A stretch of DNA of 64,000 nt from contig OZ024742.1 in the NCBI GenBank assembly GCA_964016885.1, forward strand, positions 121,210,001 to 121,274,000. Reading direction: 5' to 3'. Shown here piece by piece: positions 38,958 through 52,509 of this stretch (position 1 is its first letter; every line of letters begins with the position of its first letter). The position numbers were made by a program, and so were the translations under genes. Below the pieces are notes generated by a model. It was not told the DNA's origin and made no database searches. It saw nothing but the letters and a program-made list of their open reading frames with translations. Source of the stretch: Eledone cirrhosa (Eukaryota).

Positions 38958-39158
38958 TTTCAGATGTTTCTGGATGTTCTTTCTTCCATTCAATAGCTTC
39001 AATATAATTGACAACATTTTCTTTGTAGAATCGGCAAGCCAAATCTTTAGGAACTTCTCCAAGATCATTGTAAACCCTTAATACCTCTGTAGCGTCACCC
39101 TTACAGGAGACAAGGAACTTCAGGCAAAGTAAGTTCCCTTCCAAAGCAGCTAGATGTG
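38958..39158 (-). CDS. ANKRD42: ANKRD42-like exon 6
   Basis: AHLAALEGNLLCLKFLVS..NDLGEVPKDLACRFYKENVVNYIEAIEW; phase 1-1. Confidence 0.92.
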
Positions 39159-39248
39159 CTAAAACGAAAATAAACATAAAATAATACATATGTTTTTCAG
39201 TTGTTTTAACTCCATATATCATTGTAGGTACTGGATTTCTGATGCTCT

Positions 39249-39298
<50 letters not shown>

Positions 39299-39735
39299 TT
39301 ACTTTTTTTCTTCTCATTCTTTGCCCATTTATGCCTGGGAGGGTCATAAGGCAGAGCCTTCAAACAAACCTTCTAGTGGGTCATGTCAGGAATGAGATAT
39401 ATACAGAAAGAAGTGTATCTCTTTATGTGGGGCTGCAATTCAATAAGTGCAGCATATACAAAATGCGTTGTGGCATGTAGTTACGGCCCTTTATGTTCTG
39501 TGTTCAAATCCCGTCGAGATTTGTTTTGCCGTTCATTCTTATGGCATCGATAAAACAAAGCACTGAATTCAATATAATATAAAGACTTCCCTCTTTCCTT
39601 AAAATTGCTGGCCTTGTGCAAAATGTAGAAACTATTATCATTTAATATCTATTTTCTTTGCAAGCAAGAGTATATATACTATATTTCTGAAAATTTATGT
39701 TTATGTTGAAAATCAATATAATACAGTAAACTGAC

Positions 39736-39871
39736 CTGGTGTGTTTCCCTGTTTATCTTTGGTATCAGTTTTTGCATGCCATTTATACAGTGTCTGTACA
39801 CAACCTAGATAACCATGAAACGATGCATGGTGTACTGCAGTCCAGCCATTTTTGTCTGTAGCATCAATTTC
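39736..39871 (-). CDS. ANKRD42: ANKRD42-like exon 5
   Basis: EIDATDKNGWTAVHHASFHGYLGCVQTLYKWHAKTDTKDKQGNTP; phase 0-1; absent from the ORF track. Confidence 0.92.
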
Positions 39872-40194
39872 CTATAACATGGTCAAATATAAAGGAAGCG
39901 AATGCAGAAAATAATACAAAACTGGACTAATAATGTGTTGTTTTTTACTTTACATAGCTCAGCTGTGTCAAATTTACTTTACATAGCTCCAATTAACATA
40001 AAATAAACCAGTCTGGCTTAGTGATTAGAGAGTAGGATTCACAATCATGAGATTATGTGTTCAATTCCTAGACTGATCGATGCATTGAGTCCTTGAGCAA
40101 AATACTTTATTTCTTGTTGCTCTGGTTCAGACAGTTGTAAAAATGAGTGCAACACCATTGGGGCAAACCCAACAGAAGGGGATCTTTATATATA

Positions 40195-40530
40195 TATATA
40201 TAAATAAACATTTAGAAAGCCGTAGCTAAGCAAAAACACCGGCGGCTATTGCCACCTGGCAGTGTTCAGCAGATGCAAGGGGATTAATCACCTCATTTAC
40301 ACAGACAAGAAAACTATATATTCTCACCTGTCTTCAAGTCCAGCAGTTGCAAGAGCGGGAGGGATCATCCTCATGAGAACCAGTTCAGTTCGAAATGCAT
40401 CAACGATTGTTCCCCTTGCTTTGCTGGACATTGCCAGGTGGCGATAGCTGCCGGTGTTTTTGCATAGCTACGGCTTTCTAAATGTTTATTTATAAACATA
40501 CCGTATTTGTTTAGAAATACAAAATTCCAA
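40195..40530. mobile_element. (TA)n-flanked insert with inverted tail and a probably inactive hammerhead
   Basis: 40198-40265 is the reverse complement of about 40428-40495; CTCATGA-GAAC..GTTC-GAAA-TGCA-TC at 40370-40401. Confidence 0.65.
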
Positions 40531-40585
40531 TACATATCTGTACACAGCTATGCTCGAAGCTAAATTCTAATTCCATATATGTATG

Positions 40586-40757
40586 GAGGTTGGTGTTAGG
40601 AAGGACATCTAGCTGTAGAAATCAAGCCAGAATCAGTTCCCATATGAGCAAGGCATGGTCAGCCGACCGGACACTGCCAACAACAGGACAACCCGTCTAA
40701 CCCATGCTAGCGTGGAAGAACGGATGTAAAACGGTGATGATGATGATGATGATGATA
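40586..40757 (+). mobile_element. RTE 3'-end-only insertion
   Basis: Nearly identical to 19085-19250, with (GAT)n tail. Confidence 0.9.
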
Positions 40758-41154
40758 ATATATATATATATATATATAGTGGAAGAATGAAGAGTAACAT
40801 GGTTGGCTGTACAACAAGGGGCTTTATTTCAGGTATTGACAATTTTTTCATTGATCAGGTGAGTCTAGAGGTCGCTAATCGCTTGAAGTTGCATCATTGT
40901 GTATATATATATATATATACACACAATATACAGAAACACACAGATACATGCAGACACATACATATACATGAATATATCTACATATATCCTTGAATTAGTG
41001 GTGCCAACCTCTACAGATGTTGCTCTATGAATAACTGGGACAAAATAATCCGAATGGATTAGATTGATTCAGTATCAGAGCTATATAATACATTATAAAG
41101 AGAGAAGAAACATTAGATATAATTAATAAGATATATCATACCTAAACTGCTTCT

Positions 41155-41256
41155 TTACTCCTCGACTACGTAGTTTCGTGGCATATTATGCAAAAACACT
41201 ACATCACAGAGATATATAGAATTTTTGTGAGGTCTGCCGACTTATCAAGAGGGTAA
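41155..41256 (-). ncRNA. Type I hammerhead, U3-A8 core variant, long stem II, GUC site
   Basis: TTACCCTC-TTGATAA-GTCGGCA..TGCCAC-GAAA-CTACGTAG-TC^GAGGAGTAA. Confidence 0.8.
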
Positions 41257-41622
41257 CTCATTAAGAGTTTCAAAACACGTCCGTAGGACCCCAGATAGAA
41301 TCCCGAAAGGCGAAGGGGGAGTCAATCACGTGATACAGCGGTCAAGAAACAGAGCTAAGCCTCTTACAACCATGTATATTGTTTATAACTCCCTTTGGTA
41401 GAGTAACCATTGAAGTGTAATGACTGCTGGAAAGCTATCATTACTCATACTTCTCGCCATCCTAGCCATCTCTTCTACGACTTTGATATAAGTACCCCCT
41501 CCACCTCCGTGGTAATTTTTTCATGGTTGTAAGAGGCTTAGCTCTGTTTTTTGACTGCTGTATCACGTGATTGACTGCCCCTCCGCCTTTCGGGATTCTA
41601 TCTCGCGTCCGACTTAATGAGG

Positions 41623-41720
41623 TATCCTCTTGATAAGTCGGCAAACCTCACAAAAATTCTATATCTCTGTGATGTAGTGTTTTTGCATAATATGCCACGA
41701 AACTACGTAGTTGAGGAGTA
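41623..41720 (+). ncRNA. Type I hammerhead, U3-A8 core variant, GUU site
   Basis: TATCCTC-TTGATAA-GTCGGCA..TGCCAC-GAAA-CTACGTAG-TT^GAGGAGTA. Confidence 0.78.
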
Positions 41721-41793
41721 ATGAAGGAATTTGGGTATGATATATCTTATTAATTATATCTAATGTTTCTTCTCTCTTTATAATGTATTATAT

Positions 41794-43998
41794 ATCATCA
41801 TCATCATCATCATCATCATCAACGTTTAACGTCCGTGTTCCACGCTTGCATGGGTTTGGACGGGGGTAGTCCCACTTGAGGCAAGAGTGATTGTCTTGCT
41901 CGCATAGGACTGTCTGGCAGGTTTTCTACAGTTGGATGCCCTTCCTAACACCAACCACATTTACAGTGTGGGTCTGGGAGGTTTTTACCGTGTTGCCTAC
42001 ACGGCCACATTACAGCGTGGACTGTGTGTTTTTTTGTCGTGACACCTACACAATCTCATTTGTTTCGGCCTGGATGGTGTGGCACCAACATAACTTTACA
42101 TAGAACGGGGTGGTGTGGATGGGGTGGGGGTGGTGGTGGTGGGACGGGGGGGGGGGTATTTTGTTAGAGATGCCTACTGGCTGTAGTAGGTTTTACTATG
42201 TATTTAGGTAAGGCGGGTCTTCTCTGTTACTGAGTACCGCCAAAGGTCTCGGTCCAGTGACATTGTCTTGGAGAGGTGTAAGTGTGTGAGGTCGGAGTTT
42301 ATCAGGTCGTCCCAGGTTTTTCTAGGTCTGCCTATTCCGTGGCTACCGTCTATCTTTATTGCCCTGCACTTTGTTATACAGCTATCGACTTTCATGCGCA
42401 TCACGTGTCCATACCAACGTAGCCTTCTCTTGAGTAAACAACATCTGATCCCTCTTATTTCTAATTTTTTCCTTAGTTCGTTTATGCTTTGCCGTTCATG
42501 TATATTACTGTTACACATCCAGCGGAGCATGCAAGCTTCGTTCCTCTCTAGCCTGCGTATATCCTCTGCACACAATGCCCAGGTCTCACTGCCATGCAAC
42601 ATTGCTGTTCGTATGCAGGCATCGTACAACCTGCCTTTCATTTTTAGGGAGAACCCTTTAGCAGCTAATAGTGGTATAAGCTCTCTGAACTTTTTCCAAC
42701 CAGTTCTGACTCTAGCTACTGTACTTTCAGAGCACCCTCCCCCACTGCTGATTTTATCACCCAGGTAACGGAAGCTGTCCACTATTTCTATAGAACCCTC
42801 TGCGCAGTTGAAAGAGCTAGTATTTTGTGGGCACTTGCTGCTACTTATTGCACCAGAGCACCGGCCACATGTAAAATCTATGTTCTTAGTTAGCTTACCT
42901 GTGATCCCACTACATCTTTTATGCACCCATACTTTGCATTTGGGACACAAAATGGAGTTTCTACCTACGCCTTTCCTACACACTAAGCATGGCCACTTCC
43001 TGGAAGGGACCACCGCCTTATTTTCTTTCTTACAAACTAGAACTTTAGTCTTAGCCAGGTTAATTTTAAGGCCTTTTGATTCTAGGCCGTGCTTCCATGT
43101 TTGGAATTTCTTCTCTAGCTCGGCCATTGATTCCGCTATGAGTGTCAGGTCGTCTGCGTATAGGAGTTCCCATGGGCAGCCGGTCTGGAACTCCTCTGTT
43201 ATAGCCTGAAGGGCAATACTAAATAGTAGGGGGCTGAGAACAGAGCCCTGATGGATGCCAACTTTTACGCTAAACTCTTCACTATATTCGTTGTTAATTC
43301 TAACCTTGCTGACTGTTTCTTTATACATGGCTTGTATAGCTCTCACAAGCCATTCGTCAACACCTAGTTTTCTAAGAGCCCACCAGATAATGGAGCGGGG
43401 GACTCTGTCGAAGGCTTTCTCCAAGTCGACAAAAGCTAAGTAGAGGGGTTTACCTTTAGCTAGCTACTTCTCTTGTAGTTGTCGTACAATGAAAAGAGCG
43501 TCTGTGGTACTTTTGCCTGACACAAACCCGAACTGCATTTCATCTAGGTCAATTCTCTCTCTGATTAGTTGTGCTATTACTTTTTCCGTGACCTTCATGA
43601 CCTGGTCGATTAATTTAATGCCTCTATAGTTACTCCTATCTAGGGCGTCTCCTTTACCCTTATAACAGTTAACGATGATGCTGCTATGCCAGTCCTTCGG
43701 AACAACCCCATTCTGTACGACTTGGTTAACTATGCGGGTGACCATGGTGTGTCCCACCGTGCCAGATGCCTTCAGCATCTCAGCAACTATTTCCGAAGGC
43801 CCAGCCGCCTTACCCGTCTTCATATCCTTGATTGCCTTACTTATTATACTCCCCTCGACTAACACTGCTGGTCCCTCTATTGGGTCGATATGGGGGAGAC
43901 TGTCTTTCTCCCATTTATTCTCCTCATTTAGTAGCCTTTCATAGTGACACTTCCAAGCTACCTTCTTATCAGCGTCGGTGATGGCAAGTATGCCATCA
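41794..43998 (-). mobile_element. 5'-truncated RTE LINE (sister subfamily) in an ANKRD42-like intron
   Basis: RT ORF, 3'UTR and (GAT)n tail at 41794-41820. Confidence 0.95.
42204..43998 (-). pseudogene. RTE RT ORF with one premature stop (QEK*LAKG) at 43466-43464
   Basis: ORFs 42204-43424 and 43464-44231 share a frame; the 17578 copy has Tyr at the stop position. Confidence 0.9.
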
Positions 43999-44077
<79 letters not shown>

Positions 44078-44121
44078 ATATATATATATATGTATGTATA
44101 TATATATATATAATATATATA

Positions 44122-44420
44122 TATATGCCCCCCACACCCTTCCACTGCAAAGTGGTCGTGGAGGTGCCAAGGCAAAAAAGCACCCAGCCCACACAGTAAA
44201 GTGGACATGTAGGCGCCACAGAAAAAAGCACCCAGCACTTACTGTAAATGAGGTTGGTGTTAGGAAGGGCATCCAGCTGTAGAAATCAAGCCAGAATCAG
44301 TTCCCGTATGAGCAAGGCATGGTCAGCCGACCGGACACTGCCCACAACAGGACAACCGGTCTAACCCCTGCTAGCATGGAAGAACGGACGTAAAACGGTG
44401 ATGTTGATGATGATGATGAT
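44122..44420 (+). mobile_element. RTE 3'UTR-only insertion
   Basis: Matches 19005-19250, with two copies of the ~48-bp subunit. Confidence 0.9.
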
Positions 44421-45179
44421 ATATATATATGTAGTGACAAGAGTTTCCGAAAAACAGGTCAAGGTAAAAAAGCGTTCTATGTAAAGTACAGAGCCAAAAT
44501 ATATTATATGAATAAGATCTCAACACAAATGCATGTTACCTAAGGTCTCAAACTTCAACCACTATAGGACATAGACATTCTATATCGCCTAGTTTAGTTA
44601 TCTTTAGGCAAAGCCAAGATGGCTGAGCATTATTTCATATATTAGACCTCATCAGATATAAGGGAGTTAATAATTTGATAATACATTTGGTATTTTTTTT
44701 ATGCAGGGGAAGAAGTTCATATGTCTGCAAATTAAATATATATATATATATATTAGGTTATGCAAGAAATGCTTAGGATTATCCTGAATGCAGTAATGGT
44801 TAATTACTACACTAGATAAAGTTGACGTATGGTGAGGGGTTACTCAACGAGTTATGGAAGAATAGTTGAAGAAACTCAGTTTCTGATCCTTCTATATTCC
44901 GGAGTGTAGATAAAGAATGAACCATTTCTGCTCTGAGGAAACGGTAGAAGCAGCATTTGAAAATTGAGTTTCTGCAAATAATTACCAATTTGCACATAGC
45001 ATGACTAGGCTGTATAACTACTGTTGAAACATTTGTAAGCACTCAGAATAAATTACCTTTTTATGATGTCTACCTGTTATTATTCATTCTTTATATATAT
45101 ATGTATAATCATCATTGTTTCACACCTATTTTCTATGATAGCATGGATTAGATGGGTTATCCCATTTGAGGCAAGTCAA

Positions 45180-46190
45180 GTCAGACATAGGAACATCCTC
45201 TGAAAAATTCATATTTAGTGTTTAGATGTTTCTCAGAGGGGTTCAGGCCCTGCTATATTCTAAAATTTTTTCTCAAGCAAAGTGAACACTCATTGTTCCT
45301 TCCCTATAAGAGTGTGATTCATCCAGAATATTCGAATTAATTGTGTATGGAATCCCTTTATAATTCAGGTCCCATACATGAATTACCAGTGCTGTAGCCA
45401 TACTCGTTTCCTGATGTGATATGTGAGTAATACCATTGTTTGAATAGGCTTTGTGTCATACCAACATATCGTTCTCTGCTCTCTGTGAGGTTAATATGAG
45501 TGTGGTTTCATATACAACCGAGTTGGTGCTACATTTTTGTTGCAGAAGGCATTCTTCTTTTATCCTGCATGAACATCCTGCATTTACATTTGTAATTTTT
45601 GCCTTCATAGAAGGACCACACGAGTTGCTGATCTTCATCAACTGCCTGTTTAAAATTTTTTTATACCTATGTTCAGTAGGGAAATATTTATCTAATAACT
45701 CTAAGAATTTTTTACCTATGTTAGTTTTAATTGCTAGAGAGTGAGGGTTGTAAACCAAATTTGATTTCTTTTCCTATTTTTACATGTATTTTGAGTGGTG
45801 GTGTTAGGCATATATTTAATTATATCTATGAAGCCACGATCTATGAATGCTTTGTTATAGGATGGAGCTGCCCTATCAAATATCTCCTTGGAGGAAAATA
45901 AGGTGGAAATCCTATGACTAATATTAGGGACTAGATTTTAAAAAATTACTGGAGGGTCACAGGGTCCTCTATTAAAGTATCTTAATTTTTTTGTTAGGCT
46001 TATGATAAGGTTTATAGGTACCTGTAGCTAAATCCAAGTAAGTTTACATCTAGTAAGTTGGCATTGCTTAGATTAGTATCTCGGTTATTTTAAGTCCTAA
46101 GTTACTAAACATGTGCAGTAGTTCTTTACGGAAATTATCCAATGAATGCCCATTGAAGTTATGGGATACTGCCAAACTGTTATCATAGTT
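45180..46190 (-). pseudogene. Decayed Penelope-like element ORF (RT end, linker, GIY-YIG)
   Basis: YNPHSLAIKTNIGKKFLELLDKYFP..CSCRIKEECLLQQKCSTNSVVY; frameshifts. Confidence 0.8.
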
Positions 46191-46348
46191 ACACACACAC
46201 ACATATATATATATACACACATACCCACATATATATATAGCTGACTAAATACGCATGTGTATGTTTTTTCTCCCCTTTTTTCTCCTCATTTCCCCATTCC
46301 TTCCTCTCATCACCCTTTACTTTTTATTTATCTTCTATTTCTATCTCT

Positions 46349-46386
46349 GTCTTCTGATGAACGACTAGTATCTGAAACGTTAAGAC
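46349..46386 (+). ncRNA. Minimal hammerhead motif next to the Penelope relic
   Basis: GTCTT-CTGATGA-ACGACTAGTATCT-GAAA-CG-TT^AAGAC; ACGT palindrome, weak stem II. Confidence 0.6.
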
Positions 46387-47591
46387 TCTCTTCCTGCTAT
46401 TTCAAGCATCAAACTAATATATTTCTTCCATGTACTGTGTCGTTTGTTTTGTGATTTTTCTTATTACTTTTACATATATATATCTATATAAATATAAACA
46501 TTTCTTTAATGGTTTCCTGTTTTTTTAAAAATCAAAATAAATATTTACCAATTACATTTAGTAGTTGAGTGGTGTATATATACTTAGTTGAGTGCTGTAT
46601 ACACACAACCCAATCCAAACATTGACAAAATTAAAATTAAACAAAATTTATAGAATAAACCTTTAGTAGAAGCAGTGGTAACGCAGGTATTGACAACAAA
46701 ACTTAACAAACGTCTATCATGATGGAAGGTTTTCATTTAGATATGAACACTTTAAATTTAATATTTTTTTTTATTATATAAGCAAGCGCGGGGTCCCTGA
46801 TCTACCCCCACCCCTATTTTTCAAATATACCATTGTTGCATTGATTTTCATCATGTTTTGACTACTTGCTCTCCTGTTAACACACAATTCTCTTTGTGAC
46901 TGCTCATACTTCCGGCTTTAATCTTCAGTTTATTTTTTTCTCATTATCCCTTCTCTCTCCCTCTCTCACTCTCTCTCCCCCTCTCTCTCTGACAAAAGAT
47001 CTAGCCCAAACATTAGACTTCTCTTCTTTCTTCTGACATATATTCCTCTTTCTAAAATATTTCTATTACTTTGTATTCTTCTGCTTCATTCTTGATAATA
47101 GTGAATGTAAGACTATCAATATCTAGATTGTTATATTGCTTGATAGAAATGATATTAGCTTTCAGCTCATAACTGTGGCCTCAATATATCTTTGTGTTTG
47201 CTGAGAGTCACATCAGAAAAATCACTAATATCTATGGCTCATATAACCATTAGGAGCAGAAATTTGTAACATCAGTAATTGTTGAATAGTGTTTCAACTG
47301 TTAACATTCCAATTTTCTATTAGAGGAATACAATAATGTTTAATTTTTTATTTTATTTTATACATTGTATTGTATATATATCATGTGTGGTTTAGTTATG
47401 GGGCCTCGTTTGCTTAAAAATATTTGTTGATTCTTAAAAGAGCATGTTAGAATTGCTTATGGTGCCTTTCCCATTTTACACTAATTAAATTTTATATATT
47501 GAAATGAAGTTTGGATATAAAAAAATAAGCTTAAAAAGAATTTATTATATCAAATAAACAAAAAATAAAACATAGACATTTGAAAAAGTGT

Positions 47592-47622
<31 letters not shown>

Positions 47623-48071
47623 GACTTGTCCCCTGGTATCCCCCTGAAATAAGGCCCCTGGCTGAGGGGTTAAAATGTTCACTTTGTAATCATGAAATTC
47701 CTGGCTTGATCCCAAAGCATGGCATCTTAGATAAATGTCTTTTACCATAGCCTATGAGTGAATTGAATAGATGGAAACTGCAGAGTTTGTCAGGTGGATG
47801 GTTTATGTAATTCAAAGGTTCAGTTATGTTACATTGCATCAGGCTGAGTCTGCCTGAGAATTATATTCAGGGTACACATGTCTGTGGAATATTAATCCAT
47901 TTACACATTAATTTAATATATAGGATGTTCAGTTGATGAAATTACTAAATACTCATCATGTTTTGAGAAATATCTGGAGAGAAAATCAAAAGCCAGTTAA
48001 ATATTCATCCTGTTCTACAAAATACATATCAGAACAATGCTTCTCATGTTTATTATTATCTTAAATTATAA

Positions 48072-48270
48072 GGGCAGTGGATTGGCGGAATCAGTAGAGC
48101 GTCTGACACCATACTTTATGCTCTGAGTTCAAATCCTGCCGAGGTTGGCTTTGCTTTTCATCCTTACGAGGTTGATAAAATAAAGTACCAGTAATGCACT
48201 AGGGTTGATTTAATCGTCTCTCCCCTCCCCACAAAAATTGCTGCCCTTGTGCCTAAAGTAGAAACAATTA
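48072..48270 (+). mobile_element. tRNA-derived SINE
   Basis: TSD ATTATTATCTTAAATTATA. Confidence 0.85.
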
Positions 48271-49119
48271 TTATCTTAAATTATATTTTGTACTAACAGA
48301 ACTTGTATGAAGGTTGAAAAACCAGTGGTTTAAGTATGACAACATTATTTCTCCAAACTTCCAATATTATAACTCAAAGATTCACTTCCATACTGGTATA
48401 ACGGGTTATTTTATGATTGTTTGTTGATTAAAAGATAAACTGGTTTCTCTGGCATGTATAAATTCTACCCAGAGAATCTTTTATTTGCAGATGTCTATGT
48501 TTCCACACACCCAGAATATAAGTAAGCAGCTGCTACTTATAATCCAATGGCTCAATGTGGAATTAAACTGAAAATACCTCTTAACACTTTAATAGATCGT
48601 TGGATGATCACTGGAGGCTTCACTTCAAATATTGTTGATTAAAATAATTACATAAGCATTCTTGAGACTGTAAGACCATACATAAGTGAGATGCTGACAC
48701 CCCAGCCTGTCAGGGAGGTCAGTAGCCCTGCTTCAATACTGACTTGGACTATGTAGAGCTGTCCAACCTTTGCTAGCAAGGAAAGCAGAGGTTAAAAGAT
48801 GATGAAACATAGAATAGAAACTATATTTCTTAATCTAAGTATCATTTGAGATAATAACATTTTTGCTTCTTTTTCTCTTATTTCTCTTATTTCTGACTCT
48901 TTCCATTGACTTAGTTAAACATTCCTGTCCGACATATGGGTTTTTTTTAAATAGAATGCACTCTGCTGCTCTGCAAGCATTGAGGCCAGGTCTGCAGTCT
49001 GAGGATAACTTTCCTCCCACCAATCTCAGAGGCCCTAAAATGGTTATGGCTGCTACCCTTTCTCCTTTGATTAAGCCATACTAAAGAGTCATACTAAAGA
49101 GACCATTAACCAGTCACCA

Positions 49120-49780
49120 ACTCAACAACAAGAACAACATAAAGAAATAAACTTGCAATCATAACAAGAATAACAACTACATCAACAACATCAGTAACAA
49201 CAACAATCACAACAATATCAACAGTAACAACAACAATTACATCAGCAGTAACACCAACTATAACAACTACAACAACAATATCAACAGTAACAACAACAAT
49301 CACATCATCAGCAGTAACACCAACTATAACAACTACAACAACAACATCAGTAACAACAACAACTACAACAATATCAACAGTAACAACAACAATCACAACA
49401 TCAGCAGTAACACCAACTATAACAACTACAACAACAACATCAGTAACAACAACTACAACAACAACATCAGCAGTAACACCAACTATAACAACTACAACAA
49501 TATCAACAGTAACAACAACAATAACAACATCAGCAGTAACATCAACTATAACAACTTCAACAACAACATCAGTAACAACAACAATCACAACATCAGCAGT
49601 AACAACAACAACGATCCCAACAATATCAACAGTAACAACAACAATAACAACATCAGCAGTAACACCAACTATAACAACTTCAACAACAACATCAGTAACA
49701 ACAACAATCACAACATCAGCAGTAACAACAACAACGATCCCAACAATATCAACAGTAACAACAACAATAACAAGAATAAG
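49120..49780. repeat. (AAC)n-derived array with higher-order units
   Basis: Direct reading. Confidence 0.9.
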
Positions 49781-50845
49781 ACAGACATATTCCTCAGCTT
49801 TACTGTTCCCTAAAAGGAGAACATTGAGTTACTGGAGTAAGTAAAATAAAACACCAACCACATACAAACAAAGGAGGAGGGCAAAAACCAATTCCTCTCA
49901 AGACAAAGGCAGCCCAAGACAAACTTTTGATGAGGCCCATGCCAGAAGCTTAGAAAGATTTGTTGTTGAAGAACACACATAATACTCATTCTGTCAAAAT
50001 CAAAACCCTAAGAACATCTAAGGATGTCAGAGTATGAGGGAAGAGGTTGGCTGATCATGTATGTGCATCCATATTGTTTATATCAGTGTTGTTTTATGGG
50101 GAGAGCATTCCTTTGAAGCTATCTTTTTTAATTATGGTGTTACTTCACTCCTGTGTCTTGTTTTTTGGTTTTGGATTTTGTTGTTCCTGCTGTTGATGTT
50201 GTTATGGTTGTGATGTTGGTAGCCAGGAGGGTACTCCTGAACATGCCTGAGGGCAGAAAGCCTTCTGATGGCTGGTATAATCTGGCATTCCTGTCCTCCA
50301 CCATAACTCTTATTGGATCCCCACACTTCAAATGAATGAGTTCAAGGATAGGTGGGGAGTGTTCTTAGAGGTGAGTACCATCTGGACCTCTATTTTGACC
50401 TCTCATCAATTTTAATGAGAAAGTTATCTCAAGTTGACAACCTCTCCATGCTCTTTCAGAATCTTTATTAAAAAATTAATGTCTATCCTAGGTGCCACAT
50501 TGTTCAGTATCATTTTGGTTACTTGTTACTGTATATGGGATGAAAATAATAACTACTCTTAATAGAACATGTTTGTCTGGTTATTTTCCTGGTTTCCTCT
50601 TCATTGAGATCAAAAGCCACAACTACCTCATATTGCCTCCATTTTCTGACATATATAAAACCCCACATTCTAAGATGTTTACAACCCAGTTATACTCAAA
50701 TTATTATATGCTCAATATTAATAGGATAAGTAGAGTTAAGATACAACATATTTCCCCAGAAAAATATATAAACACACACTTGAAGAACTAAATATTTGTC
50801 ACAAAGTCTGCTTCAGTGCTAAGAGAGTAGAAATATGTAACTTAC

Positions 50846-50965
50846 TGTAACATTTCTAAGAATTGTGTACAAGCAAAATGAGTTTCCATGAGCTGCAGCT
50901 ATATGCAAGGGTGTTCTGTCATAGTTGTCTTTCATGTTTAGTGACACATTATTATTAGATAGTGC
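50846..50965 (-). CDS. ANKRD42: ANKRD42-like exon 4
   Basis: ALSNNNVSLNMKDNYDRTPLHIAAAHGNSFCLYTILRNVT; phase 0-0; donor GTAAGT. Confidence 0.92.
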
Positions 50966-51061
50966 CTGAAGTTAAAAAGAATGCTCAACAATTATCAAGA
51001 TTAACAGCATGTTGGTAATATCAGACTAATGTCATACAGAAACCAGTATATAGAAATAGTT

Positions 51062-51277
51062 TAACCCTTTAGCATTCACATTACCTCTATATTTACTATT
51101 GTATTTTCACAGAAAAGGCTTTATCTCACATAATATCAAATCTACAAGATTTTGATATTATTTATTTTGAGAACAATACCTTAACATCATTTTGAGCAGC
51201 TGGTTACGACTTGTTTGAACAGAAAGCAGTGAGAGAATTATGGCTGGATATGGCTGGTTTAAATGCTAAAGGGCTAA
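51062..51277. mobile_element. piggyBac-type MITE
   Basis: TTAA-CCCTTTAGCATT ... AATGCTAAAGGG-CTAA. Confidence 0.8.
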
Positions 51278-51964
51278 AGTTTTAACTTGTAGGGATTCAA
51301 ATGAATTATTGTATCATAGAAAATCATAAGAAAAATATAGAAAATAATAAATTAAATTAGGTTAAATATGATTAAAGCTTGTGATAAATATAATACTAAA
51401 GGTATTATATATGTTTGGTGTATTTTTATGAAAATAGGTTGATGATGAAATCAAGGAAAACAAGACCTTCTGAGTAGTATGGGAATTTTTGTTTTTAAAT
51501 TGAAAGTATTGTGTGAAGAAAAACAAGTATTGTAATTATAGCAACTGAAGTCTGTTGATTTGAATGCTAAAGGGTTAATCATCACTGTGTAATGTCTATT
51601 TTTCATGCTTGTATGGGTAAGATGGGTTGTCCTAAACCGAGGTTAGACTGCTCAAGTGAGCACATCCTGTTCATATGCTCTACCACCTTACAGAGTGCAC
51701 TGGGTGCTTTTCATTGTGGCACCAGCACTACCACTTTACAAGGTGGGCTGAGTGCTTTAAATTGTGGTACAAGCACTACCACTTTATGAGATGGTTTGGG
51801 TGCATTTTATTGTGGCATGAGCACTATCACTTTACAAGGAAGGCTGGATGCATTTTATCATGGCACCAATACTACCTCATTACAACACAGCGGCTCAATG
51901 CCTGACTGAGGAGGCAGGTTAAAAATATTTTAAATCACTTACAAAATAAATGTTTTTGCACTAT

Positions 51965-52152
51965 ATAATTGTTTCTACTTTAGGCACAAGGCCAGCAATT
52001 ACCCAGAGCATTACTGGTACTTTATTTTATCGACCTCGTAAGGATGAAAGGCAAAGTCAACCTCGGCGGGATTTGAACTCAGACCGTAAAGGGACGTAAC
52101 TATGCTGGAAAGCATGGCGTCCGACCCTCTACTGATACTGCCAATCCACCGT
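51965..52152 (-). mobile_element. Young tRNA-derived SINE
   Basis: TSD GTTTTTGCACTATATAAT. Confidence 0.92.
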
Positions 52153-52284
52153 TTTTGCACTATATAATGAGAGAAAAGTTGAGCAACCACAGTAGTATAT
52201 AACTAGTTTAGCCACAAGAAGGATATTAATACTTGGGTAGCTATAACTCCTAATCTCTTCAACAATGAGGCTGGAAAACAATTA

Positions 52285-52509
<225 letters not shown>

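Larger units (their letters stand above)
41082..41793. mobile_element. Fold-back element with ~280-bp diverged inverted arms, each carrying a hammerhead
   Basis: 41082-41374 is the reverse complement of 41522-41793; TA-rich ends. Confidence 0.85.

Noticed and set aside
44520-44660. Minus-strand CTGATGA-GGTCT...AGACC
   Set aside because: No GAAA follows the putative stem II.
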